NCBI GenBank assembly: GCA_964524035.1
Contig: CAZGBP010000006.1
Span: 1,773-65,772, forward strand
DNA from: an uncultured Bifidobacteriaceae bacterium
GTDB lineage: Bacteria; Bacteroidota; Bacteroidia; Chitinophagales; UBA10324
Direction of reading: 5' to 3'
DNA: 64,000 nucleotides
Of this stretch, positions 10,104 through 18,995 are shown piece after piece (the first letter of the stretch is position 1; the number at the start of each line of letters is the position of its first letter). Under the pieces are notes generated by a model that did not search any database, had not been told where the DNA came from, and saw nothing but the letters and a program-made list of their open reading frames with translations. A program made the position numbers and the translations under genes.

Positions 10104-10140
10104 GACAAGCCCTGTACATACATAAGCACCTTATACAACG

Positions 10141-11073
10141 ATGCAGGTTCATACCGACATATCAATGCTTCCCTCCTTCAGGAATGCGGTTATTACTGTA
10201 GGCACATTTGATGGCGTACACAAGGGGCATCAGCACCTGATCCACAGAATCAAAGGACTGGCAGCAGCCATTGGCGGAGAAAGTGTACTCATCACCTTTG
10301 AACCACATCCGAGAAGCGTTGTTTTCCCGGATGATCCTTCGTTACGTATCCTTTCGATACTGGAAGAAAAGATTGAACTCCTGCATCAAATGTCGGTTGA
10401 TCACCTGGTAGTGGCACCCTTCACCAAGGCTTTTTCCCGCCTCCCGGCACGTGACTATGTAGAACAGTTCCTGGTGGGGAATTTTCATCCTGCCATTATC
10501 GCCATTGGTTACAATCACCAGTTTGGCCATCACCGCGATGGTAATATTGAATTGTTGCGTAAACTTTCCTCATCCTGCCATTATAAAGTAGAAGAAATAA
10601 CCAAACAGCTGGTTGACGATATTGAAGTGAGTTCTACGCGCATACGTATTGCCTTGCAGGAAGGAGATGTAAAAACCGCTGCGCATTTGCTGGGCCATTA
10701 CTATTCGTTGCAAGGGCCGGTTGTACAGGGAAAACAACTGGGAAGAAAACTGGGCTACCCAACGGCAAACATTGCAGTAGAACATTCCTTTAAACTTATT
10801 CCGGCTGATGGTGTTTACCTGGTTAAAGCGCGTTTGAAACAGGAAGAGCTATACGGGGTTGCAAGCATCGGCTTCAGGCCAACGGTAAATGGTACTCACC
10901 GCACAGTAGAAGCCTTCCTCTTTGATTATGATGATACCGCGTATGGTGAAATGCTGAAACTCGAATTCATAGAATGGTTGCGGCCGGAAGTGAAATTTGA
11001 AACGGTTGACCTGATGATTGCGGCGATAGATCAAGATGTGGCTCTGGCGAAAGAACTGCTTGCAGTAAAATAA
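10141..11073 (+). CDS. ribF: bifunctional riboflavin kinase / FAD synthetase
   Basis: N-terminal adenylyltransferase motif VITVGTFDGVHKGHQ. C-terminal riboflavin kinase segment GKQLGRKLGYPTANI...FRPT. Confidence 0.95.
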   Translation: MQVHTDISMLPSFRNAVITVGTFDGVHKGHQHLIHRIKGLAAAIGGESVLITFEPHPRSVVFPDDPSLRILSILEEKIELLHQMSVDHLVVAPFTKAFSRLPARDYVEQFLVGNFHPAIIAIGYNHQFGHHRDGNIELLRKLSSSCHYKVEEITKQLVDDIEVSSTRIRIALQEGDVKTAAHLLGHYYSLQGPVVQGKQLGRKLGYPTANIAVEHSFKLIPADGVYLVKARLKQEELYGVASIGFRPTVNGTHRTVEAFLFDYDDTAYGEMLKLEFIEWLRPEVKFETVDLMIAAIDQDVALAKELLAVK

Positions 11074-11173
11074 ACGGCAGCGGCTGCTCCATCTGCATAA
11101 CTACTTGAAATGTGCACCCGTGTTTCTACCTCTGATAAATTTGAGTAAATTCACCCCTGAAATTTTAACGTCC

Positions 11174-11710
11174 ATGAAGCCGTCCTTATTAAATTCCCGT
11201 TTTCTGGTATTGACTGTATTGATACTAATTGCAGCATTGAGCAGGTTGCTCACCAACCAACTGCACCTCTGGAACTTTACGCCGATTGCGGCCATTGCTT
11301 TGTTTGGAGCTGCGCATTTCAGCGATAAAAGAATGGCCTTTGTTATCCCCGCTGTTGCCATGCTTATTACCGATGCGATCCTCGGCTTTCATCCGGGGAT
11401 GTGGGATGTTTACCTGGCATTACTCCTGATTACCTTCCTGGGCTTTTCGCTTCGAAATAACATAAAGGTTGTACCGGTCATTGCGGTAAGCTTATTATCA
11501 TCTCTCCTGTTTTTTACTATTACCAATTTTGCAGTTTGGATGGGATCGGGGTATTATCCCTTAGACTGGCATGGCCTGACAACTTGCTTTGCCGCAGGTA
11601 TTCCGTTCTTTGGCAATACGGTTGCGGGCGATTTGTTTTATTGTGGTGTGCTGTTTGGCGGTTATGAATTGATCCTTAAGATGCGGCCTGCATTAGCAAA
11701 ATCCGTGTAG
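11174..11710 (+). CDS. DUF6580-like integral membrane protein (putative transporter component)
   Basis: The start was moved to the ATG at 11174 (MKPSLLNSRFLVLTVLILIAALSRLL). NFTPIAAIALFGAAHFSDKRMAFVIPAVAMLITD matches my memory of the DUF6580 family. About 5 TM segments. Confidence 0.6.
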   Translation: MKPSLLNSRFLVLTVLILIAALSRLLTNQLHLWNFTPIAAIALFGAAHFSDKRMAFVIPAVAMLITDAILGFHPGMWDVYLALLLITFLGFSLRNNIKVVPVIAVSLLSSLLFFTITNFAVWMGSGYYPLDWHGLTTCFAAGIPFFGNTVAGDLFYCGVLFGGYELILKMRPALAKSV

Positions 11711-11803
11711 ATGATGCGCCAAGGCGGTTAAATCCTCTTCACATTAAGCGGCAACTGATGCTCTACTGCTCAATCTGAAGCCAACACACCAATCATTTTG
11801 ATT

Positions 11804-14017
11804 TTAAAATGAACCGGAAACCGAAATGTAAGCGCCAATACCTTTGGTACTAAATCCTCTTATCTCGGTATACGATGCATTAAGCAGATTTTCTACTTTG
11901 AATGCACACGTAAAATGGCTGTTAAAAGTATACCTCATCAACAGATCCACTAAAAAATAGTCTTGCAGCGGAACCGTATTTAGTGCCCCGTAAGGACCCA
12001 AGGCATAGTCGTAGTAAATATCGTCGTAACTGCTTGTCCACTTGCCACTAAGACGAACACTTGCCTTTTTGAAAGGAGTAACCACTACGCCGGCGTTCAC
12101 TGTGCTTGGCCGGCGCACCAGCCCTTCTGTACCTGATTCAGTGGCAGGAAAAGCTCCGTTGCTGTACAGTTGCACATGATTTCCTTCCGTATGCGTGGTG
12201 TCCAGATCATTCGCTGAATAAGACAATTTACCGTTCACATAGCTGAGGTTACCATCAACCGATAGCCACTTTTTCAATTGTGCAGAAAAATAGGCATCCA
12301 CGCCCATGCTCTGTTGTTTGCCGGCATTCACGTAGGTATCGCCCCGGTAATCATCCCTGTAAAAATCCGTACCTAACTCCTCAATCGGAATATTCTTATC
12401 CCACAGGTAAACATACTCAATCGAATTGCTGACGATCGTTGAATACAAGGAAATTCCATAGCTGATTTGTTTGCCGGGGAAAAATTTCACCCCCAATTCC
12501 ATGGCATGCGAATACTCGGGATGCAGGTATGGGTTGCCCCTGGTAATTTCAGAAGTATAATAAAAATCCGGTGCATACAGCTGGTAGAGGGAAGGTGCGT
12601 TAAACCCGGTGGCATACGAAGCAAATACGCGGGCAACGTCACCTATCCTGTAAGATGGATTTAATTCATACACGATCGTGCTTCCAAATAAATCATGATA
12701 GTTGAAACGTGCTCCGGCAATAATGTTCCAGTTCTTCATTGCCGGTGAAATGGCTTTGCCATCCAGATCCAATTGCACAAATGCATTAAACAGGGAGGCA
12801 TTCAATCCAAGGGTATCAAGATTACTTACACTTTCATACTGGAAGGAACCGTTATAGTAATGTGTTCCCGACGTCATCGTCTCCACATCGGCACCAATTC
12901 CGGCAGTGAGTCTCATTTCACTGAACCTGTAATCTCCTGTCAATTCAGTATGGAACTCTGCACCTTCATAGCGGCCATCTGCAAAAGTATGGTCATTGGT
13001 GCCCACAGCATCAATCACCGATGAATCATCAATCGTGCTCCGGTAAAGTGTTGAATAACCTCCTGAAAACTTAAGATCGAAATTCTTTACCGGCATATAG
13101 CCTATATTGAAAACGGCGAAGTTTCTTTTGGTGAAGATGCGTGTGCTGTCGCCATCATACAGGCTGGTGGGTATATCATATGAACGGTATTTATAGCCGG
13201 CCTTGTCAAAATCCGCAGCACTGTTGGTATAACTGTAGGTCCCCACTACATTCCATCGGTCATTGATGAATCCTGCTTTTCCGGAAACCTGCTGCTGGCT
13301 GAAGTCGTCCTGATCGAAACTTCTGAAATTTGCTGATTCATCGGAGGTATCTATTGTCGCATCGAGCCCATGAATACTGCTGTTGAAACCATCAATCATT
13401 GCATAGATGCCATTTTTAAAGGTGTAACTCAGGGATACCTGTTCCTGCAATTGTGAAGTGCCGGAGCCAAACATTCCGCCCAATACCGTTGCCCCTGCAT
13501 GTAACCCTGCGGGTTGTTTTTTCTTTGTAATGATGTTAACGACCCCTCCGATGGCGGAAGATCCATACAACGTGCTGTGCGATCCGCGTACGATTTCTAC
13601 CTGCTCAATATTACTGAGTGGCAGTTCACTCAGATCAACGGCATTGTTGGTCGAAGAAGGGTCGCTGAACGGCACGCCATCAATCAGGATCACCGTTTGG
13701 TTACTTCCGGTTCCACGCATAAACATACTTTGCGTCATTCCGGGGTTCTGATTGGTGCCGATTACTGATATCCCGGCATAGTCGCCTAATAGTTCAGCAA
13801 GGGACTTTGCGCCAGTGCGCTGTATTTCTACGCGGGTTATTACAGTGACCTCTCTACCGATGGTGTTTACTTCCTTTTCCGTGCGTGTTGCAGTTATAAT
13901 CACTTCAGGAATATCCTGAACGGCTATGGTATCCTTGATTTGTGCCTGCAGGGACTGAAACATCCATAACAAACCGATGGTAAGCAGCAATCTTGATGAC
14001 AAAAAAGTTGATTTCAT
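11804..14017 (-). CDS. btuB: TonB-dependent receptor, BtuB-like (vitamin B12 / corrinoid outer-membrane transporter)
   Basis: Signal peptide MKSTFLSSRLLLTIGLLWMFQSLQAQ at the ATG at 14017. TonB-box/plug region IPEVIITATRTEKE and IEQVEIVRGSHSTLYGSSAIGGVVNIITKK, and a terminal F. A cobalamin riboswitch lies directly upstream. Confidence 0.8.
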   Translation of the reverse strand: MKSTFLSSRLLLTIGLLWMFQSLQAQIKDTIAVQDIPEVIITATRTEKEVNTIGREVTVITRVEIQRTGAKSLAELLGDYAGISVIGTNQNPGMTQSMFMRGTGSNQTVILIDGVPFSDPSSTNNAVDLSELPLSNIEQVEIVRGSHSTLYGSSAIGGVVNIITKKKQPAGLHAGATVLGGMFGSGTSQLQEQVSLSYTFKNGIYAMIDGFNSSIHGLDATIDTSDESANFRSFDQDDFSQQQVSGKAGFINDRWNVVGTYSYTNSAADFDKAGYKYRSYDIPTSLYDGDSTRIFTKRNFAVFNIGYMPVKNFDLKFSGGYSTLYRSTIDDSSVIDAVGTNDHTFADGRYEGAEFHTELTGDYRFSEMRLTAGIGADVETMTSGTHYYNGSFQYESVSNLDTLGLNASLFNAFVQLDLDGKAISPAMKNWNIIAGARFNYHDLFGSTIVYELNPSYRIGDVARVFASYATGFNAPSLYQLYAPDFYYTSEITRGNPYLHPEYSHAMELGVKFFPGKQISYGISLYSTIVSNSIEYVYLWDKNIPIEELGTDFYRDDYRGDTYVNAGKQQSMGVDAYFSAQLKKWLSVDGNLSYVNGKLSYSANDLDTTHTEGNHVQLYSNGAFPATESGTEGLVRRPSTVNAGVVVTPFKKASVRLSGKWTSSYDDIYYDYALGPYGALNTVPLQDYFLVDLLMRYTFNSHFTCAFKVENLLNASYTEIRGFSTKGIGAYISVSGSF

Positions 14018-14050
14018 GATGAGTGTTTTCAAAGGTGTTACCCGCACCGG

Positions 14051-14108
14051 AAATAATAAAAACCACAGGAAAAGAAATGAGTAGGTAATGCTCATCGCTG
14101 CTTTTTCC
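14051..14108 (-). terminator. possible riboswitch expression-platform hairpin followed by a T-rich tract
   Basis: The minus strand reads GGAAAAAGCAGCGATGAGCATTACCTACTCATTTCTTTTCC then TGTGGTTTTTATTATTT. It lies between the aptamer and the btuB ATG. The stem is imperfect. Confidence 0.35.
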
Positions 14109-14125
14109 CGAAGCATCAATCAGGT

Positions 14126-14307
14126 GTTGCAAGGCAGGTCTTCTGACTCTTCCGGATTTTAGCGGCCTTCCCATCCCTGCAATCAGGACAGTGGCAGTGG
14201 AGGCTAAAACTTTTACTGGCTGTGCCAGCGGAAATACAGCAGCGGGAACTGTCTCCGGTTTTCACGGAGTTCCCTTTTAATCCCGAAAATTTCGGGAACC
14301 ATGCAAC
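14126..14307 (-). ncRNA. cobalamin (B12) riboswitch aptamer
   Basis: The minus strand reads GTTGCATGGTTCCCGAAATTTTCGGGATTAAAAGGGAACTCCGTGAAAACCGGAGACAGTTCCCGCTGCTGTA...GCCACTGTCC...GGGAAGGCC...AGTCAGAAGACCTGCCTTGCAAC. These are the conserved GGTTCCC / AAAAGGGAA / GTGAAAA-CCGG blocks and the B12 box. GTTGCA...TGCAAC closes P1. Confidence 0.85.
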
Positions 14308-14533
14308 GCTGTGAAGGTATTATTTTTTCATAATAAATAGCAACACCCGGCTATGCCGCATTACTACACCTTAACAGTTTATATGAAAAAAAACCGCCTG
14401 CAACATCCGGTTAATTAAGATGCTTTGCCAATTGTTAAAACGTAACAAATAACGGTAACGGATTTCTGATACCTGCAAAAACGGTGTTTACCTCTCGGCA
14501 TATCAATTGATAGAATTACTTTTAGCCGCTGAA

Positions 14534-15016
14534 ATGATGAACAACGCCTCAGACAAGCCAAACACCATCTTCCTGTTTACCGATGGCGCCTGCAGTGGCA
14601 ATCCCGGACCCGGAGGGTATGGATTGATCCTTAAATCAGGAAAACATGAAAAAGAATTATCGGAAGGATTTGCGCTTACAACCAACAACAGGATGGAACT
14701 GATGGCGGTCATTAAAGGACTGGAAGCCCTTAAATTCAGCAACAGTCATGTTATCGTGGTTAGTGATTCAAAGTATGTTGTCGACGCCGTGAAGCAGGGC
14801 TGGCTATTCGCATGGGAAAAGAAAGGTTGGAAAAATGTGAAAAATCCGGATTTATGGCAACGCTTTCTGCAACTCTACCGTAAACATAAGGTAACCTTCA
14901 AATGGATCAAAGGGCATGCCGGCCATATAGAAAATGAACGTTGTGATGAACTGGCCGTGATGGCTTCGCAGCATGCGCACCTTAAAAAAGATACAGGATA
15001 CATGAATGCAGGATAG
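14534..15016 (+). CDS. rnhA: ribonuclease HI
   Basis: IFLFTDGACSGNPGPGGYG, TNNRMELMAVIKGLEAL, VVSDSKYVV and WIKGHAGHIENERCDELA. The start was moved from the TTG at 14507 to the ATG at 14534. Confidence 0.9.
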   Translation: MMNNASDKPNTIFLFTDGACSGNPGPGGYGLILKSGKHEKELSEGFALTTNNRMELMAVIKGLEALKFSNSHVIVVSDSKYVVDAVKQGWLFAWEKKGWKNVKNPDLWQRFLQLYRKHKVTFKWIKGHAGHIENERCDELAVMASQHAHLKKDTGYMNAG

Positions 15017-15022
15017 CCTTTC

Positions 15023-16069
15023 CTATGCAGTTACCGCAGAAGCAGCCGCCTGCACCACTTTCGAATTCCGCATATAATCATCCAGCAGATCCACCATATC
15101 TTTTGAGCCCAGGAAAACAGGAGACCGCTCATGCAGTTCCGTTGGCTGAATATCAAGAATACGACGGTGGCCATCGGTTGCTTTTCCACCTGCCTGTTCT
15201 ACGATGAATGCCATTGGAAAACACTCATAAAGCAATCGCAATTTTCCCTGCGGAGAAGTTTTGGTTGACGGGTACATGAAGATACCGCCATACATCAGGT
15301 TTCTGTGCACATCTCCTACCAGTGAACCGATGTAACGTAATGAATAGGGACGGTTGGTCAGTTTATCTTCCGACTGGCAATAAGTGATGTATTCCTTCAC
15401 CGGCATCTCAAATTTCAGGAAGTTACCCTGGTTAACCGAATATATTTTGCCCTTATCAGGCGATTTTATGTCGGGATGCGAAAGGCAAAACTCCCCGATC
15501 GACGGATCCAGCGTAAAGCCATTGACGCCATTGCCGGTGGTGTACACCATCATGGTTGACGAACCGTAAATGATATATCCCGCTGCTACCTGTCTTGAAC
15601 CTTTTTGCATGAAGTCTTCCTGCGTGCACGGACCAAAAAACGACTGCCTTCTGTAAATACTGAAGATGGTTCCAATGGCAACATTCACATCAATATTCGA
15701 AGATCCATCCAGCGGATCCAGTGTCACTACATACTTGGCATTCCGCGAGTCTTCCGACACGATGGGAATAAATTCATCATTTTCTTCCGAGGCCAGGCCA
15801 CAGCATTCGCCACTTACCCGCAAAGCGGAGATGAACTGCTCGTTGGCAAACATATCCAGTTTTTTTACTTCATCTCCCGTTGTATTGTTAACTCCGGTGG
15901 TACCCAGAATATCCACCAGTCCCGCTTTATTCACTTCGCGGTTCACAATTTTCGCTGCAAAAGCGATATCCCGTAACAATCCGCTCAATTCGCCGGTGGC
16001 AAACGGGAAGTCCTTCTCATTCTGAAAAATAAATTCATCCAGTGTAATTACCTTTCTTAGGCTTTTCAT
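15023..16069 (-). CDS. fbp: class 1 fructose-1,6-bisphosphatase
   Basis: Starts [15 protein letters not shown] at the ATG at 16069. Motifs [21 protein letters not shown] and [14 protein letters not shown]. The track's 46-codon N-terminal extension overlaps the promoter. Confidence 0.95.
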   Translation of the reverse strand: MKSLRKVITLDEFIFQNEKDFPFATGELSGLLRDIAFAAKIVNREVNKAGLVDILGTTGVNNTTGDEVKKLDMFANEQFISALRVSGECCGLASEENDEFIPIVSEDSRNAKYVVTLDPLDGSSNIDVNVAIGTIFSIYRRQSFFGPCTQEDFMQKGSRQVAAGYIIYGSSTMMVYTTGNGVNGFTLDPSIGEFCLSHPDIKSPDKGKIYSVNQGNFLKFEMPVKEYITYCQSEDKLTNRPYSLRYIGSLVGDVHRNLMYGGIFMYPSTKTSPQGKLRLLYECFPMAFIVEQAGGKATDGHRRILDIQPTELHERSPVFLGSKDMVDLLDDYMRNSKVVQAAASAVTA

Positions 16070-16132
16070 ATCGGTGGTCAGTTGGTGAAAAACAAATGCG
16101 AAGTCCAGTTTCGGAATTCGCATCGGGCATTG

Positions 16133-16140
16133 CAAATATA
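16133..16140 (-). promoter_or_regulatory. Bacteroidetes -7 promoter box TATATTTG for fbp
   Basis: Exact TAnnTTTG on the minus strand, 64 nt upstream of the ATG at 16069. Confidence 0.45.
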
Positions 16141-16248
16141 AAAATAACTTCTTTCGGTTGATACAACAACAAAAATCTTCTGCAACAGAATTTATAGGAG
16201 CATGCATCCTGTTTGCATAAAAAATTTATTGCGTAAGCGGTGGGTAGT

Positions 16249-16256
16249 TACCTTTG
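16249..16256 (+). promoter_or_regulatory. Bacteroidetes -7 promoter box TACCTTTG
   Basis: Exact TAnnTTTG 47 nt upstream of the ATG at 16303, inside the track's longer ORF. Confidence 0.45.
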
Positions 16257-16302
16257 CAGCCGTTTACGCGAATCATCATTTTGCCAATACCGGAAAACTG
16301 AG

Positions 16303-16773
16303 ATGGAAGTTGTTATCAGAACTGCTGAAAAAAGGGATGTGCCCGGCATGCTGGCACTGATAAAAGAACTGGCTGCTTATGAAAAAGCGCCCCGCGAAGT
16401 GACCAATACCCTGGAAAGGATGGAGGAGGACGGCTTTGCAGGACACCCTTCCTTCTTTTCCCATGTAGCAGAATTGGATGGATCTATTATCGGAGTGGCG
16501 GTATATTATAAAGCCTATTCTACCTGGAAAGGAAATTATATTTACCTAGACGACATTATCATAACCGAAAAACATCGCGGAAAAGGTATTGGAAAAAAAT
16601 TGTTTGATGCCGTTGGAGCTTTTGCCAAAGGTTGCAATGCAAACCTGTTGCGCTGGCATGTACTGGAATGGAATGAACCGGCCATCAATTTTTACAGGAA
16701 ATATAATGCGGTACTGGATCCGGAGTGGATTACCTGCAAACTAAGTGAAGAACAGCTGGAACAACTATTCTGA
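16303..16773 (+). CDS. GNAT family N-acetyltransferase
   Basis: Acetyl-CoA binding motif ITEKHRGKGIGKKLFDAV. Size of about 156 aa from the ATG at 16303 (MEVVIRTAEKRD). Confidence 0.85.
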   Translation: MEVVIRTAEKRDVPGMLALIKELAAYEKAPREVTNTLERMEEDGFAGHPSFFSHVAELDGSIIGVAVYYKAYSTWKGNYIYLDDIIITEKHRGKGIGKKLFDAVGAFAKGCNANLLRWHVLEWNEPAINFYRKYNAVLDPEWITCKLSEEQLEQLF

Positions 16774-16867
16774 AAGAACCGTGCAATTCAGGACAAAGCA
16801 ACCTGCCGCATTGAATCAGCCCGTTTTGCTTTATCCGGTTAGCCCTTAAATGATTTATTAAAACAAA

Positions 16868-18157
16868 ATGACTTCAAAAGAATCGGACAGGAAAGTCTTT
16901 AAGTTCGGTGGTGCTTCCATAAAAGATGCAGCGGCTATCCGGAATGTGGCGGAAATTCTTGCTTCCTATAAAGGGCAGCAACTGATGATTGTGGTATCCG
17001 CACTCGGGAAAACTACCAATGCCTTAGAGTTAATTACCGAAGCGTATTACCGGAAGACCGGCACCGCACCCGCACTGCTGGAACAGCTGAAACGTCAGCA
17101 TTTCAATATACTTTCAGAGCTGTTTCCGGAACCGGAGCATCCGGTATTTGCAGAATTAAACAACACCTTCGTTGAAATAGACTGGATACTGGAAGATGAG
17201 CCCGTTGAAAAATATGATTACCTGTACGATCAGATAGTTTCCATCGGTGAAATGGCTGCAACCAAAATGGTTAGTGCCTATCTCAACTACCGCCAGATAC
17301 CTACCCTATGGCAGGATGCCCGCGATTATATCAGAACGGATAACACTTACAGAGAAGCTACCGTAGACTGGCAACTTACCGAACAAAAAATTTTAGCCGG
17401 GATTCCGGGATTGCTGAACAACAGGTTTGTGCTGACACAGGGTTTCCTGGGAGGCACCTCTGAAAACTATACCACCACCCTGGGGCGTGAAGGCTCGGAC
17501 TATACCGCGGCTATACTTGCCTATGCGCTAAGAGCATCGCAGGTAACGATCTGGAAAGATGTGCCCGGAGTGCTAAACGCCGATCCCAGGTACTTTCCCG
17601 GCGCACGAAAGATTGAAAAACTCTCGTATCATGAAGCCATTGAAATGACTTACTACGGTGCTACCGTCATTCATCCGAAAACAATCAAGCCGCTTCAAAA
17701 CCGGAAAATTCCATTGTATGTACGGTCATTTCTTCACCCTGAAGAAGAGGGGACCGTAATTGAAGAATTTAGCGGCAGCAGCCTTTTGCCACCTATGCCT
17801 GTACTGGTGCTCAAGCAAAAACAGGTATTGCTGTCAATGTCAGCAAAGGATTTTTCATTTATTGCAGAAGATAACCTTAGTTACATTTTCGGAATTTTGG
17901 CGGCATACAGAGTTAAGATGAACCTGATGCAAAATGCAGCCATTAGCTTCAGTGTATGCGCCGATCAGTCTGATAAAATCCGGGAAATGATAGCAGAACT
18001 GTCAAATAGTTTTACCGTGAAGATCAATGAAAACCTCACGCTGTTAACCATTCGCCACTATACGGAATCCGTAATCGACAAGTATATTGCAGGTAAAAAC
18101 ATTTTGCTGGAACAGAAAAGCAGGCATACTGTACAGTTAGTCTATCCTGAATCGTAA
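16868..18157 (+). CDS. lysC: aspartate kinase
   Basis: N-terminal KFGGASIKDAAAIRNVAEIL, then GREGSDYTAAILA and VTIWKDVPGVLNADPR, followed by C-terminal ACT-like repeats. Confidence 0.9.
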   Translation: MTSKESDRKVFKFGGASIKDAAAIRNVAEILASYKGQQLMIVVSALGKTTNALELITEAYYRKTGTAPALLEQLKRQHFNILSELFPEPEHPVFAELNNTFVEIDWILEDEPVEKYDYLYDQIVSIGEMAATKMVSAYLNYRQIPTLWQDARDYIRTDNTYREATVDWQLTEQKILAGIPGLLNNRFVLTQGFLGGTSENYTTTLGREGSDYTAAILAYALRASQVTIWKDVPGVLNADPRYFPGARKIEKLSYHEAIEMTYYGATVIHPKTIKPLQNRKIPLYVRSFLHPEEEGTVIEEFSGSSLLPPMPVLVLKQKQVLLSMSAKDFSFIAEDNLSYIFGILAAYRVKMNLMQNAAISFSVCADQSDKIREMIAELSNSFTVKINENLTLLTIRHYTESVIDKYIAGKNILLEQKSRHTVQLVYPES

Positions 18158-18159
18158 GG

Positions 18160-18666
18160 TTACCATTGCGGCCTGTCAAGAATAATTTTTCCGATGATGG
18201 CTTCTCGAAGGTTTATCCTGGCATTTACTTCTTTTGTTTCCTTTTTATTGTAATCATAGCCTATCTTAGAAAACCTCTCCTCACCCATGGGGGTCCAGGT
18301 TCCTTCCGGAGCCACTTCTTCCGTGGTCATATCTATATTCAGGAACGGGGAAGCCGCTTTTTTTGGTGTTGCTTTAACAACAGGCGCCGGTGGCACCTGA
18401 GTTGATATTACCGTTGGAGGCGTGTGCCTTTTAGTAGTTACCGGTTTTTCAGGGCGTGCAAAAGGCTTTTGCTTCATCTCGACCTCCCTGAAAATTTCGC
18501 GCATTTGCTCTTCCATGGTTAAAGGCCGCACCTCCCGGACTTTTCTGCCGTCTTGTTCAACCGGTTGATTTCCCGCATCCCGGTTTGCCTGGCTCTTCTT
18601 TCTTCCCTGCTGCGCCTGCCAGATGAAATAGGCAATCAGCACCAGCAAATAAATGAGATTCTCCAT
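18160..18666 (-). CDS. hypothetical membrane-anchored protein with a Pro/Lys-rich linker
   Basis: Single N-terminal TM segment MENLIYLLVLIAYFIWQAQ followed by a charged, low-complexity region. No recognised domain. Convergent with aspartate kinase, 2 nt apart. Confidence 0.55.
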   Translation of the reverse strand: MENLIYLLVLIAYFIWQAQQGRKKSQANRDAGNQPVEQDGRKVREVRPLTMEEQMREIFREVEMKQKPFARPEKPVTTKRHTPPTVISTQVPPAPVVKATPKKAASPFLNIDMTTEEVAPEGTWTPMGEERFSKIGYDYNKKETKEVNARINLREAIIGKIILDRPQW

Positions 18667-18965
18667 GATCTTAGTTTTACCTCTTCAAAGGTAATGTTTC
18701 GGCCAGTATAAGATACAGGCAAATTGCGATGGCAGGATACTTTGCCCGGATGCGCTAATTCTACTTTGGTATTACCTATAATCCTGTTCAACGCGGCTCA
18801 TACCCGGTTAAGCAGCGGCTTAAGGCATCAGCGGAAAAGTATGCTCCGGAATCATTGAGTCAATTACTTACAAATCTGGCAACGGCTTTTTCCAGGCAGA
18901 TTTCCTTATGGCAATTCCAAAAAAAATATTTTCTGGTAAAATTTGGTTTATAATATAAACTTATT

Positions 18966-18973
18966 TATGTTTG
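18966..18973 (+). promoter_or_regulatory. Bacteroidetes -7 promoter box TATGTTTG
   Basis: Exact TAnnTTTG 23 nt upstream of the ATG at 18996. Confidence 0.45.
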
Positions 18974-18995
18974 CAGCGTCAACAATACATAATTC

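Noticed and set aside
16070-16207. N-terminal extensions of track ORFs, for example fbp 16070-16207; also 875-943, 4855-4989, 14018-14119, 16240-16302, 23301-23348, 51512-51571 and 58573-58602
   Set aside because: The extensions contain promoter boxes or non-ATG starts and precede an internal Met that begins a clear signal peptide or the conserved N-terminus. I moved the starts accordingly.
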